Position numbers and translations under genes: made by a program | Notes under the pieces: generated by a model | Database searches by the model: none | What the model was told of the DNA's origin: nothing | What the model saw: only the letters and a program-made list of their open reading frames with translations | Assembly: GCA_964016885.1 (NCBI GenBank) | Contig: OZ024741.1 | Location: 58,342,001 to 58,406,000, forward strand | From: Eledone cirrhosa | Taxonomy: Eukaryota | Reading direction: 5' to 3' | Length of the DNA: 64,000 nt | In this document: in pieces, positions 1-12,640 of the stretch | Layout of the letters: every line of letters begins with the position of its first letter | Position numbering within the stretch: position 1 is the stretch's first letter

Positions 1-22
1 TTTATGTATGTATGTATGTATG

Positions 23-57
<35 letters not shown>

Positions 58-65
58 GTATGTAT
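1..65. repeat. (TA)n/(TATG)n microsatellite abutting the (CAT)n tail of an old RTE copy
   Basis: Direct reading; probably continues upstream of the window. Confidence 0.95.
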
Positions 66-1945
66 ATCATCACCACTTTTGAACATCTATTTTCCATGGT
101 AGCCTGGATTAGATGAGTTGTCCTGTTGTGAGACAACTCAGATCAGGTGACCATGTCTTGCTCATACAGAACTATTTCTTGCTTAGTTTCTGTGACTTGC
201 TGCCCTTCCTAATACCAACCACATTCAGTGTGAACTGGGTGCATTTTCTTGTGGCACCAAAATGACCAACTGACGGGGTGGACTAGGTGCTTTTTACCAT
301 GTCACTAGCTCAACCACCTTACAGCGTGGACTGGCTGCTTATTTGTCATGTCACCAGCACAACCACCTTACAGGGTGGACTGGGTACTCTTTTCTCATGT
401 CACCACCACAACCATCTTATATGGCGGACTAACGGCTTTTGTTGTATCGCCAACATCTGCATTGTGGGAGAGCATGTTTAGCTTTCCATGGTTGTATACA
501 TGGGCTGGAGAGGAGAGGTGCATCAGATGTGGAAGGTATGTGGGAGGGTATGTGTATGCAGGATGGGGATTGGAGAAGTAGGTCTAAGGTGGGGTACTTG
601 GCTGGTGCGAGGGAGGTTAAGATGTGAGAGGTGAATGGACGGGGGAGAGGAGATTTGGTCCACACTAATATCCTCTAGATGTTTACTTCATCCTGTGCAC
701 ATGGGAAGACAGCTCTTCTCCAATAATGCACACCACCAGAGATCTTGATCCTGTGTCATTACCTTTCAGAGGTTTAATTGTGCAATATCAGTTTTTATCA
801 CTTCTTTCCATGCTTTCCTAGGTTTTCCTCTTCCATAGTTTGCTTCGGCTTCAAGCACCTTATTCCTTTTTATACAGCTGTCTTCCTCCATATGCATTGC
901 ATGTCCATACCACCACAATCTCCTTTCCTGCACACTACATCTTACTCCTCTTATGCCCAGTTTCTCTTTCAGTTCATTGATGCTTCACCATTCATGTACT
1001 GCCCTCACAAAGCCACTCATGTATCCCTAGTTTCCTAAGTGCTCACCAGATTACAGAATGGGGGATTTTGTCAAATGCTTTTTCCAGGTCAACAAATGCC
1101 TTTGATGAGGGGCTTACTTTCAGCTAGGTACTTCTCCAGCTGTTGCCTCACAAAGAAGAAAGCATCAGTGGTACTTTTACCTGGCATAATTCAGAACTGC
1201 ATCTCCTCTATCTTAATTTGTTCCCTAATCAGCTATGCAATGACTTTTTCTGTAACTTTCATGACCTTTGATGCCTCAATAGTTTCCTCTCACTAGTGCA
1301 TCTCCTTTGCCTCTGTAGCAGTTGACGATGCTGCTGCTCCACCATTCATTGGGTATGACACCATTTTATATTACTTGCTTTAGGATACAGGTGGTTAAGA
1401 TATGTGCTACTATGACATGCTTTCAGAATTTCAGCATCTATTCTCGATGGCCCAGCTGCTTTACCTATCTTTGCATCTTTAATTGCCTTACTTACTATGC
1501 TGCTGCTGCCTTGTACAGCTGGTCCCTCTGTTGGTCCGATTTTGGTCAAACTATCTTTCTCACATGCATTCTCCTCATTCATCAGCCTCTCATAATAGCC
1601 ATTCCATGCTTTCTTTTCAGTGTCAGTAAGGGCAAGTGTACTATTATCATTTCAGACACACTTCTCCCCAACAACGTCACGATTTACCTTGACACACTAC
1701 CTCACAATCTTGAAAACCTCATGTCTTTGGTCCTCGCATTGCAAAACCTGAATTATTATTTTTTTTCTGCTTCCCTCCTTGCAACATATATTTGTCGCCT
1801 AACCTCTCCTGGTAATGTTCTGTTTCCTCCATTTTGCTATTCTTTCCATGCCTATCTCTTGGCCTTAATTGTTTTATTCACCCTACTATTCCATCACCAA
1901 TTCACTCACCTTTGCCTTGGAACCACAGACCTTGTTTGTGATCCG
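66..1945 (-). mobile_element. Old, degenerate, internally deleted RTE-clade LINE related to the 8.5-kb family
   Basis: (CAT)n tail and 3' motif at ~66-115, ~48-bp tandem modules at ~210-420. Minus-strand peptide EGPAVQGSSSIVSKAIKDAKIGKAAGPS (1346-1582) matches copy 1 (EGPAVLVQGSTISKAIKDMKTGKAAGPS). Homology jumps near 1000 from the 'LRKLG.DEWLVRA' region to the C-terminal 'RRL.WYGH' region, so the YADD core and PHD are deleted. Confidence 0.8.
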
Positions 1946-2414
1946 TTCACCCCATACTAGCATGGAACATGGAAGTAAAATGATGAGAGTGGGGATGATG
2001 ATGTTGATGAAAATGTCAAATCTAGTAGAAATATAGAAACAAAATGGTGAAGTTGAGCTAGTATTCAACCAGTGTGTAATTTATTTTAAACTCCCCACCT
2101 CCTGCAGAAGGATAAGATCTTCCTAGACTACATGATGACAAAGCTGACATAGAAAATTAGTTAAAAGAAATCATTAAAAATATGTAAAAATAATCTTTTG
2201 TCAATAGCTACATAATTCACTGTCTCTTTCATCAAACTAGATTGTTTAGCTCAATCATCTCAACTTACTTAAGAATGTTATCTTAAGATATTAAAAGATG
2301 ATTTTAATGTATAAACATCAGCATCTTAAGATATGAATAATAAAAAAACTCAAGTGAACTGACAATAAAGCATCTCCTTTAAATGTTTTATATTACAACC
2401 TATATTACCATATA

Positions 2415-2632
2415 AAGGCTTAGTGGTGAGGGTGTTTAGCTTCAGTCAACTCTGCTGACAAAAATAAATTTTACTTGTAATTCAAAAGGGCAGCCTTGTC
2501 ATGCACTGTGCCAATTTGAATCTCTCTGAGAATTACATCAATGGTGTGGGATGCTTAGTCACTTGTATGCTAATTTCAGAAGCAGGCTGGACCATTGTTC
2601 AAACAACTAGAACAGTCATTGTCCAATACAGT
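2415..2632 (+). mobile_element. SINE-like repeat (A-box-like head; body shared with 11855-12015 and 63205-63370)
   Basis: GGCTTAGTGG head; shared core 'aattcaaaagg..gccttgtc...gaatctcYctgagaattac...taatttca.gagcagg' at three loci. Confidence 0.65.
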
Positions 2633-3729
2633 GTATTGTGATGTATGTTATCATATTTTGGGTGATATAAGATGTATCAGTTTATAAGATGCATCCTTAT
2701 TTTGAAGAAAATAAAATTGGAAATATTGATTTACACATCAGTCCTTATTTAATTAATCCATTAATCAGTTGGTTAACCAATCAACAAATTATCAAAGCCT
2801 TTCATTATATAGTGTGACCTTTTCGAAAATTAATAATAAAAAGTGAAATGAAACTTAATCAATGTACAAGTTTTAATTGGAAGCATAACTCTCCCTAAGT
2901 ACAACAGTATCAATTTCAACACCCAATATCACATTAAGAATCTTACCAGAAAAATAAAGAAGAAAACCTCCACGCAAATATAGTAGTAAAGATCTACAGG
3001 CAGATTTCGACATTAATTTTTAGGATAAAAAAGTGTCTAATAAAAAGGAGGGGGGAGGGGGATTTACAACTTACACCTATGCAGGTGGACTTCAATTAGG
3101 TGTCTAATAGTCCTATAATGAAGCATCTTGTTCAAGAACATAACACTTAGCCTTGGTATTTCTTTTGGATCAGTGCACTTTTGGGCAGTGGATTGGGAAA
3201 TTTCTAAAGAGTGAGATGGAAGAATGTGTGTTATCCAATCCAGGTCTGTGTATTCTGAGTTCAAATCCCACTTTTTTTGCTGGGTATTGTGAACAGCAGA
3301 TAGTATCAACAGTGAAAGTATTGTTTCCTTAGTCCAATCTGATGGTCAGCTCCTTTCTTCTGCCAGGAGTTGGAATCAGCAAATAGTATTAGCAATGAAA
3401 AACAAAAAAAAAGACAAAAAAAACAAAAAAAAAAAACAATGGAAATATTATTTCCTTGGTCCAAGAAATGATCTTGGATTTGAAACTCTGAGGATACTAC
3501 TCCTATGCATGTTAATGAAAACATGCACATAAATTGATTGATAAATTTAAGTAGCTCTTTTGATGTATTAGATTTAAATTTTTAATGTAAAAATTATGTA
3601 AATTCTTAACTCAATTATTTGAATAGTATCCTAGGTAATACAGACAAGGATAAAATGTATATTCAGTTTATGCTGAAGCATTCCATATGATAATGAAATA
3701 ATCTTGTAAAAAAGCTTTCTGAACATGGC

Positions 3730-4091
3730 TTAACCTTTGCATTACCATATTTTCAATATTAAAAAAAATTTTTTTAAATACACTATGATTTTGAAGTAAT
3801 TTTGAAAATAAAGATTTTGGAGAGATTTAGTAATGTAACTAACTTTCTCATTATTAAGCTGGTGTTTGGAAGATAACTTAACAAAGGTTTTTACATAAAA
3901 TTATGATGGGAGATTTTTAGATAAATATATACAATTTTGAAACACAGAACCAGGGGTGGTTTCTGGCAGTTTGGTATTGTAGAGCCAATGATAGTTTAAG
4001 GTGGTTTGATATTGTGGAACCAGGGATGATTACATGTGGTTTGGTATTGTTGAACCAGCAGTATTTTCATGTTTTGATATGAAAAGAGTTA
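3730..4091. mobile_element. TTAA-flanked MITE-like element (piggyBac-type termini)
   Basis: Starts ttaacctttgcattaccatatt and ends ttttgatatgaaaagagttaa; body similar to 13.3, 15.9, 47.7, 55.0 and 60.4 kb copies. Confidence 0.65.
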
Positions 4092-4131
4092 AAATATGAT
4101 GCATTATTATTATGCAGTAGGAAATTGGTAA

Positions 4132-4200
4132 ATCATCATTGCCGTTTCACGTCAATTCTTCCACGCTAGCATGGGTTAGACAGGTTGTCCTGTTGTGGGC
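4132..4200 (-). mobile_element. RTE-type 3' tail fragment
   Basis: atcatcatt...ttccacgctagcatgggttagacagg matches the reverse-complemented 3' end of the RTE copies. Confidence 0.65.
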
Positions 4201-5869
4201 AGTGTCCGGTCGGCTGACCTTGTCTTGCTAATACGGGAGGAGAATGATTTTGTAGATATTTACATTTCTTTGCAGTCATGTTGGATGGCACATTGTGCTC
4301 TTGAACGAGATCCTTAATTACAGTTTTCATGATAGGACTGGGGTCCTTATTTAAAAAAAAAACACTCAAAAAACCTAAGAGATTCAATTTCATGAGGCCA
4401 GCTAAACATGCATAAGCTGTAAATTTTATTTTTTTGTTGAATTTATATATTGTGTGCCATCATCATATTGCCAATAGTTGGACAGGATATCACTGTCTAA
4501 GATTAGACAGATGGTGATGGTGGTGGAGGGCCTGAGTTCCTCTTAACAAAAACCTTTTTGTGATTTTATGTTAGAACATTTATTCCGAACATCAATTTAA
4601 TAATGAAAATGTTAGTTACATTGCCAAATTCCTTCAAATTCTTATTTTCATATATATAAAATTAGAAGCAGCATCTTTTTTTAGAAATATAGTAATGACT
4701 GTTAAGGTAATAAATTTAACTCCTAAAGTCCTACACCACAGAAACCACATTAGCAAAACATTCAAGAGTATAAAATATCACTATGACTAATACATTCCTT
4801 GATTAATTTAGTAACCAGATGGTTATTTAATTGTCATACTTGACAAGCTGGAGTAAATAGAACAAGATGAAAACAAAGAAGAGAGATAGAGGAGCAAGGG
4901 ACCTTGAGAAGGTCACAAAATGTGTGATGAAAGAGCTTTGATAATTGATTAATTACTTAACTTATAAAACTGAAATGAAACATAACTTCATAACATGAAA
5001 AAATTAAAGATTTTAATATTAGAAATTTTCATACTAATCTGTCCACTAATAAATATACTGTAAACATTTACATGAACAAACCACTTTTTAGATATTTTCT
5101 TCTAAACTATTACAGGATGTTAACAATTAAATTATATTATCCATTTACGTGTAGTATTCTCAACCATCTACACACTTTATTCATTTCTAATGAAAGATCT
5201 TTTATATTTCATTACTTTAGTATTTAAGAAACATCACTGGAATTAATGAGTTTTAAACAAGATTTTTGGATCAATTTTAGATGGTACCAAATACATCAAC
5301 ACACTTTTGACTGAAGAAAGAGAGAAAGGCAGATTTAAATTTTCCAATCTTCAAAGTATCTTATCTTTTTCTTGGTTTTCTGAAAGAACGATAAGGAAGC
5401 AATCCACTTAGGCAAAGGTGTTGAAATGAAATATCAACGTTTCTGAAATAATTGATTTTAGTGGATTCAAATTTTCTATTTTCCATGGATTTGTAATTAT
5501 GTGATTTAGAATTTGTCAATACTTTCATTCTGTTATCCTCCAAGGGGAAAGTAAAGTTGTTTTATCTGAAAAGATTCGTGAATCCAAGATAGTATATCTA
5601 GACCCTAATGCTAGCTGTAAATCAGATTCCATTAGCAACTGTTAGTTAAATTATAGTTAATAGCTCATCTCTTATCCTCAAGCCTATGATTGGATATGCA
5701 GTTGAAACGTTAATGACTTGAAAGCCTTCACTGATGTGTAATTGTTGTTTCCCCAAAAAGCCATCAATGACATTGAAACTTAGATTTCTCAATGAATCAC
5801 TCAAATTCAAAGAAAAATATACAGAATATATTTTTATCATTTCGAGGATGCAATGATTTCCCTTATGGA

Positions 5870-6152
5870 GTGCACTCTGCATGTGGTGGTACTGGTGCCC
5901 CCAGCTCACCCTGTAAAGTGTTAATGCTGGTGCTATAAGATGCACCCAGCCCACTTTGTAAAGTGGTAGTGCTGGTGTTATGATAAAATGTACCTATTAG
6001 TTGCTGCAAAGTGATTGGCATTAAGAGCTACATCCAGCTGTAGAAACCATGCTAAACTAGAAGGTATAAACAGTTCTTATCTAATCTCAGAACATGACAA
6101 CTTTTCCAACCCATGACTGGAAAATGGATGTAAGATGCAGGCGATGATGATC
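5870..6152 (+). mobile_element. Non-autonomous element with ~48-bp tandem modules and RTE-type 3' tail
   Basis: Repeated 'cacccagYYcactYtgtaaagtgg', then 'ttggcattaagagctacatccagctgtagaaacc', ending aacccatg...gaaaatggatg...gatgatgat. Confidence 0.7.
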
Positions 6153-7704
6153 ATTCAGTTTAGATATCCATATTTATCCCACTTAAATAAAATAAGTACG
6201 CCATCTTTCTGCATATGAAGGCATGTCACCTCATATTTAAAGTGTTTCGCTTATAATCAGGAGGTGATGAATTTGATTCCTGGCAATGTCTTGTGTCCTT
6301 AAGCAAGACATTTTGTTTCATATTGCTCTATTTACTTTCATTTCATATTTTGACATATATCTATCTACATATTGTATATGTAGGCCAGCATCTTTATTTT
6401 TATTTTTTTTTTTTTGTAGCTAATTTACTCAAATTTTTAAAACAAACATTTTTGAAAATGAGAATATGATTCCCACATAAATGGCTTTTAAATTGAAAAT
6501 GCCTGAAAACTTCCAAAAGTATATATATATATTTATAAAGAAAAAAGATGAAATCGAAAATGCAACTGGAGTCTTATTTTAAAAAAAATATATATATTTA
6601 TTTGGTTCCTTTACTGGTTTCGCAGTTCTTCTGCTTTTCAAAAGTAGAGTTGAGATGGAGGGTCTGTGGTTTTTCTCATATATTGTATGTGTGTGTGAAC
6701 AGAAATAAGAACACAATCGGTGCAGTGTATGGAAGGAATATATTAGTTTAACACTTGTATATAAGCGTTAAACTTATTCTTTCCATATACTGTACCAATT
6801 GTTATTTCTGTTTACCTTTTAAATACACACGCACACGCATCATATTATCATCATTATCATGATATAGGATTTCAATTTGAAACAAAATTAAATATATAAT
6901 AATAATAAATATAGAATTTATTCATTTTTGTTTTTTTCGATCAATATTTGACCTTCTGAAAAGCGATAAGTTGAGAAGTTAATCCATCTGAAATCTCAGT
7001 AGTGACAAAAGAACATTTCTTTTATAGAAAGTAATAATCTTAAGGATTTGGAATGTTAGAAATGTTAATCAATGAAAATTCAATGAAAGCATATGAAATG
7101 ATAGCAAATAGATTTCCCTGGGGGTAGAACGAAGTTAATGCAATTTTAATAAGGTAACCAGACTGCAAACACATAATTGAACTGGATTATAGAAGAAGCA
7201 AATAAGAAAAAGAGTGGAGGAGAGAAAAATAAAATCTTATTTATTCATTCAACAGGTCAGTATAAAGTTAAAAGAGGAAAATAAATTGAATTCATAAAAT
7301 TGTATAGAAATTCATAACCTCGAATGTAAATAGTCCAACGTTCTGCCAATATTTAAGGAAGTTTTTCCAGTCTTGAAATATCTGGAGATTTTTAGTTTAA
7401 CAATTCGTGTTGGAGATTAGTTCATCCAATCTTCTTCACACTAATAATTTTTATTTTTTTGTACATTTTTTAATGTTATTTTATTTTGTGTATTCAACAA
7501 GGTATCAACTCTTATTGAGTTTGCTGTTAAAATACTACACTACTGCTCAGTGTTGTAAAGAATACAATCTAAAAATCTGATTAAATCTGCAAACATTAAC
7601 TAGGTCTACTTTAACTTTTGTCAATTCCCAATGGTCGACAAGTTTCCCCCTCAATAATTAGTTCTTATTAGAGATCGTAGTTCTTGCCTCAGTCTAGCTA
7701 GTTG

Positions 7705-7918
7705 GTAATAATTTCTAATTCAGGCAGAAGGCTAACAATTTGTGGTGAGGGAAAAGTTAATTACATCAGCCCCAGTACAGGACAGGTACTTTATTTTATG
7801 AACCCCGCAAGTATGTAATGCACAGTTGATCTCAGCTGGATTTGAACCCAGAACATAAAGGACCCTAACTAAATTCTGCAATGCATTTTGTTCTAGCGAT
7901 TCTGCCAACCACCACCTT
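7705..7918 (-). mobile_element. tRNA-derived SINE with a MetaSINE-like core
   Basis: Reverse strand: ggtggtggttggcagaatcgctag head, GGGTTCAAATCC B-box, ataaaataaagtacc core; same family at 44.3, 47.5, 60.5 and 62.5 kb. MetaSINE assignment is from recall. Confidence 0.7.
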
Positions 7919-8007
7919 CAGACTGGTTGATGATAAGTATCACTCTCACTTCCCAGTTAGGTAGTTATGGATAGGTATGATATCTAACTAAAAATACACA
8001 TTGTATG

Positions 8008-8148
8008 TGCACACATGGCTGCATTAAGAAGTTCACTTCATAACTATGGAGATTTGGGTTCAGTCCTGCGGTGTGGAACCTTGGGCAAATATCTTCTATA
8101 ACTTTGGGTTGACCAATGTCTTGTAAGTGAAATTTGGTTGATGGCATT
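8008..8148 (+). mobile_element. tRNA-derived SINE (family A)
   Basis: tggctg..taagaagtt..gggttcagtcc (B-box-like)..ccttgggcaa..ttgtaagtgaaatttggttgatgg; further copies at 11.5, 11.7, 17.1, 21.4, 61.4 and 62.1 kb. Confidence 0.75.
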
Positions 8149-8375
8149 CCTGTTGCTATTGTGAGCACCAAACTTTTTTTCTTAATAAAAAGGAAATTTA
8201 TAGCTCACACATTCATGTTTAGTTGGCCTCTTGGGAGGTTGCATCTTATAGGTTCTTTGGATGTCTTAATGATAGGGACCCTAAGCCTATCATGTACAAC
8301 ATGAAATGAAGTGTTTTGAATTGAATCTATTGCCTCTGTAAATCCAACACCCTCACCACTAGACCATGTCTTCAC

Positions 8376-8478
8376 ATATGTCCTATATAGATATGTATAT
8401 ACATGTATAAAGATATATATAGATATGTATATGTATATAGATATGTATATATAGATATATATAGATATGTATATATAT
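8376..8478. repeat. (TA)/(TAGA)/(TATG) compound microsatellite at the 5' junction of RTE copy 1
   Basis: Direct reading. Confidence 0.9.
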
Positions 8479-10945
8479 GTATAAACGAGACAATCACTTG
8501 ATCACCTATAGATCGGGGGAACACACAAGCCAGGTAGATTATATCCTTACCAGAAGACGTGACAGAGTGTCTGTTGTTAACACTAAATCCCTCCCCCATG
8601 AAGAATTCACCTCCCAACATAGACTGATAATTAGCGACCTCATAGTCAGGACGAGACGTACTAGACAGCGGAAGAGGACTATCCTCAGGAGAAAAATATG
8701 GAAGCTAAAGGGCCCCATAGCCAGAAATAAATTTCAAAGCATATTACTTGACGCTTTCGACAGTAAGGAAGAGCAATTAGAGTCGTATAATATAGAGGAA
8801 CAGTGGGAATTCCTGAGAGCAAACCTGCTGACGGCGGCAGACGAAGTCTGTGGCTGGAGCAGGCCTGTAGGTAGGAGGAGAGTAACATGGTGGTGGAACA
8901 GTAAGGTGGAGGAGTCAATTAAGGCCAAAAAGCAGGCTTGGAAAGCATGGCGGGATGGGGGAAGTATAGAAGACTATCAGGTGGCCAGGAGGGAAGCTAG
9001 GAGACAAGTGTACTTCGCAAGAAGGGAAGCAGAGGAAAGAAAGTTCAAGCTTGTTCTACAACGTGAGGACCAAAAACGTGAGGTGTTCAGGATTGCCAGG
9101 CAATGTGTCAAGGAAAACCGTGATATTGTCGGGGAGAAGTGTGTACTTAACGATGATGGCATACTTGCCATCACCGACGCTGATAAGAAGGTAGCTTGGA
9201 AGTGTCACTACGAAAGGCTTCTAAATGAGAACAAATGGGAGAAAGACAGTCTCCCCCACATCGACTCAATAGAGGGACCAGCAGTGTTAGTCCAGGGTAG
9301 TACAATAAGCAAGGCAATCAAAGATATGAAGACGGGTAAGGCGGCTGGTCCTTCGGAAATAGTTGCTGAGATGCTGAAGGCATCTGGTTCGGTGGGACAC
9401 ACCATGGTCACCCGGACAGTTAACCAAGTCGTACAGAATGGGGTTGTTCCGAAGGACTGGCGTAGCAGCATCATCGTTAACTGCTATAAGGGAAAAGGAG
9501 ATGCCCTAGATAGGAGTAACTATAGAGGCATTAAATTAATCAACCAGGTCATGAAGGTCACGGAAAAAGTAATAGCGCAACTAATCAGAGAGAGAATTGA
9601 TCTAGATGAAATGCAGTTCGGATTTGTGTCAGGCAAAAGTATCACAGACACTCTTTTCATTGTACGACAACTACAGGAGAAGTACCTAGCTAAAAGTAAA
9701 CCCCTATACTTAGCTTTCGTCGACTTGGAGAAAGCCTTCGACAGAGTCCCCCGTTCCATTATCTGGTGGTCTCTTAGAAAACTAGGTGTTGACGAATGGC
9801 TTGTGAGAGCTATACAAGCCATGTATAAAGAAACAGTCAGTAAGGTTAGAATTAACAACGAATATAGTGAAGAGTTTAGCGTAAAAGTTGGTGTCCATCA
9901 GGGCTCTGTTCTTAGCCCCCTACTATTTATTATTGCCCTTCAGGCTATAACAGAGGAGTTCAAGACCGGCTGCCCATGGGAACTCCTATACGCAGATGAT
10001 CTAACGCTCATAGCTGAATCAATGACCGAACTAGAGAAGAAATTCCAAACATGGAAGCACGGCCTAGAATCAAAAGGCCTTAAAATTAACCTGGCTAAGA
10101 CTAAAGTTCTAGTTTGTAGGAAAGAAAATATGGCGGCAGTCCCATCTGGGAAATGGCCATGCTCAGTGTGTAGGAAAGGCGTAGGTAGAAACTCCATTTT
10201 ATGTCCCAAATGCAAAGTATGGGTGCATAAAAGATGTAGTGGGATCACAGGTAAGCTAACTAAGAACATAGATTTTACATGTGGCCGGTGCTCTGGTGCA
10301 ATAAGTAGCAGCAAGTGCCCACAAAATACTAGCTCCTTCAACTGCGCAGAGGGTTCTATAGAAATAGTGGACAGCTTCCGTTACCTGGGTGACAAAATCA
10401 GCAGTGGGGGAGGGTGCTCTGAAAGTACAGTAGCTAGAGTCAGAACTGGATAGAAAAAGTTCAGAGAGCTTATACCACTATTAGCCGCTAGAGGGTTCTC
10501 CCTAAAAATGAAAGGCAGGTTATACGATGCCTGCATACAAACAGCAATGCTGCATGGCAGCGAGACCTGGGCATTGTGTGCAGAGGATATACGCAGACTA
10601 GAGAGGAACGAAGCTTGCATGCTCCGCTGGATGTGCAATAGTAATATACGTGAACGGCAAAGCATAAACGAACTAAGGAAAAAATTAAAAATAAGAGGGA
10701 TCAGATGTTGTTTACTCGAGAGAAGGCTACGTTGGTACGGTCACGTGATGCGCATGAAAGACGACGGCTGTATAACAAAGTGCAGGCCAATAAAGATAGA
10801 CGGTAGCCACGGAGTAGGCAGACCCAGAAAAACATGGGACGAGCTGATAAATTCCGACCTCACACGCTTACACCTCTCCAAGACAATTTCACTGGACCGA
10901 GACCTTTGGCGGTACTCAGTAATAGAGAAGACCCGCCTTACCTAA
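8477..10945 (+). pseudogene. RTE ORF2 (partial APE + RT + PHD finger) broken by one in-frame TAG at 10451-10453
   Basis: ORFs 8477..10453 and 10508..10945 share a frame; copies 2 and 3 have TGG (RTGW) at the TAG position. Confidence 0.92.
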
Positions 10946-11449
10946 ATACAAAGTAAAAACCTACTACAGTCAGTAGGCATCTCTATCAACCCCCCCCCCC
11001 CCCGTCCCACCACCTCCACCCCTACCACACCGCCCCTTTCAATGTACAGTTATGTTGGTCCCACAACATCCAGGCCGAAACAAATGAGATCGTGTAGGTG
11101 TCACGACAAAAAACACACAGTCCACGCTGTAAATGTGGCCGTGTAGGCAACACGGTAAAAACCTCCCAGCCCCACACTGTAAATGTGGTCGGTGTTAGGA
11201 GGGGCATCCAGCTGTAGAAAACCCGCCAGACAGTCCACGCTGTAATGTGGCCGTGTAGGCAACACGGTAAAAACCTCCCAGCCCCACACTGTAAATGTGG
11301 TTGGTGTTAGGAAGGGCATCCAACTGTAGAAAACCCGCCAGACAGTCCTATGCGAGCAAGACAACCACTCTTGCCTCAAGTGGGAAAACCCCCGTCCAAA
11401 CCCATGCAAGCGTGGAACACGGACGCTAAACCTGATGATGATGATGATG
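8479..11449 (+). mobile_element. RTE-clade non-LTR retrotransposon, copy 1 (5'-truncated within the endonuclease)
   Basis: End of APE domain (HLITYRSG..SQVDYIL..SQHRLII); RT motifs [42 protein letters not shown]; RTE C-terminal RRLRWYGHVMRM..GRPRKTW; ~500-bp 3'UTR ending in (GAT)n. Confidence 0.95.
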
Positions 11450-11494
11450 TGTATGTAGATGTATGTAAACAGACCACACTAACACATATATGTA

Positions 11495-11652
11495 TGACAG
11501 GCTTTCATGCAGTTTCAATCTACTAAATTCTATTTCCAAAGCATTGGTCAACTTGAGTCTATAATAGCAGACACCAAAGGTGCTGTGCAATGGAACTGAA
11601 CCCAAGACCATGTAGTTACAAAGAGAACTCCTTAATTGCACAGCTTTGCCAT
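11495..11652 (-). mobile_element. tRNA-derived SINE (family A)
   Basis: Reverse-complement match to 8008-8148 (ggaactgaaccc; caaagcattggtcaac). Confidence 0.7.
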
Positions 11653-11683
11653 TTAGAAGTATATAATAGTCAACATTGTGAAT

Positions 11684-12015
11684 GCAGCCTGAGTGAATGG
11701 TTAAGAAATTTGTTTTGTCCTCATTAGTGCTCTGGTTCAATTCCACTGTGTGGCCTCATGACCATGTACCTTTCACCATAGCCTTGAATTGATCCCCACA
11801 TTGTAAGTGAAACTAGGTAGATGGAAAATGTTTGGAAGCCCATCAGATAGACTGTCTGCAATTCAAAAGGTCTCACTTTGTGGCAGAATCTCCCTGAGAA
11901 TTACATTAAGGATACACGTGTCTGGAATACTCAGCCATTTATATTTAATTTCATGAGCAGGTTTATTCCATTGATCAAATGACTGAAATATTTGTGGTTG
12001 AAACCAACAAAGGTG
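11684..12015 (+). mobile_element. Family A SINE followed by the shared body seen at 2415 and 63205
   Basis: tggttaagaa..ggttcaattcc..ttgtaagtgaaactaggtagatggaaa, then aattcaaaagg..gaatctccctgagaattacattaagg. Confidence 0.7.
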
Positions 12016-12519
12016 CATCGAATAGTTAATATTGTATTTTTAATTAGGGAGTTGGGTGTTATCTTTTTTTCCTGCACTCTTTCCTCTTTTTCCCTAAATA
12101 CTGTGACAATGTGTTCACTCCCAGATGTTATGCTCTTTTGTAATATAATTTGTTTGGAAAGTAGGTTGCAGTTGATCTTAGAAATAAATCTGCAATAAAT
12201 TTCTACAATATGTCATAGAATGCCATAAGAACTGAATAAATCACCATAACAGTAAGAAGAACTGAACTTAACCAATTTATTGGCTCATAGATTATATACT
12301 TTCAGAAAGATTTAAATAAGATTGAAATAATTTATAGATTAGAGTTATAAGTGCGTGTATATATACACACGTGGTTTAAAGCCCTTCTAAAGTAGAGGTG
12401 GACCTTGCAGGGCCCCAGTTACAGACTTTATATTCATCACGGGTCTTTTGGGGGGAAATGTTTTACATAAGTACAATCAATAAAGATGTGTCGTGTAACA
12501 TAGTGGTTCAAGAAAAAAA

Positions 12520-12640
12520 GGGATTGATAAAGTACGTACCAAACTTGAGGAAAAATAGTTTTGTGATTGATATCAACTAGAACCCTTTCAAGCATGGATG
12601 CAGTCTAATGATTGAAACTAGCAAAGGAATGAAAGAATTA
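12520..12640 (+). mobile_element. SINE 3' portion (family also at 17975-18110 on - and 59345-59472 on +)
   Basis: Shared '(g)cagtYtaatgaYtgaa...aaaagaat' terminus. Confidence 0.55.

Noticed and set aside
5300-7450. Possible decayed gag-like ORF1 on the minus strand (SPTRIVKLK near 7400; CLQSG.LIK near 7160)
   Set aside because: Needs several assumed frameshifts and the motifs are too short to support a call without a profile search.
8008-8090. tRNA genes at A/B-box-like motifs (also 11.7, 17.1 and 60.5 kb)
   Set aside because: No cloverleaf; they continue into SINE bodies, so they are SINE heads.
8685-10665. Antisense ORFs over the RTE and CR1 copies
   Set aside because: Shadow frames of the RT coding strand with no independent motifs.
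8460-11470. Target-site duplications around the LINE copies
   Set aside because: Flanks are microsatellite, so a specific TSD cannot be told from chance identity.
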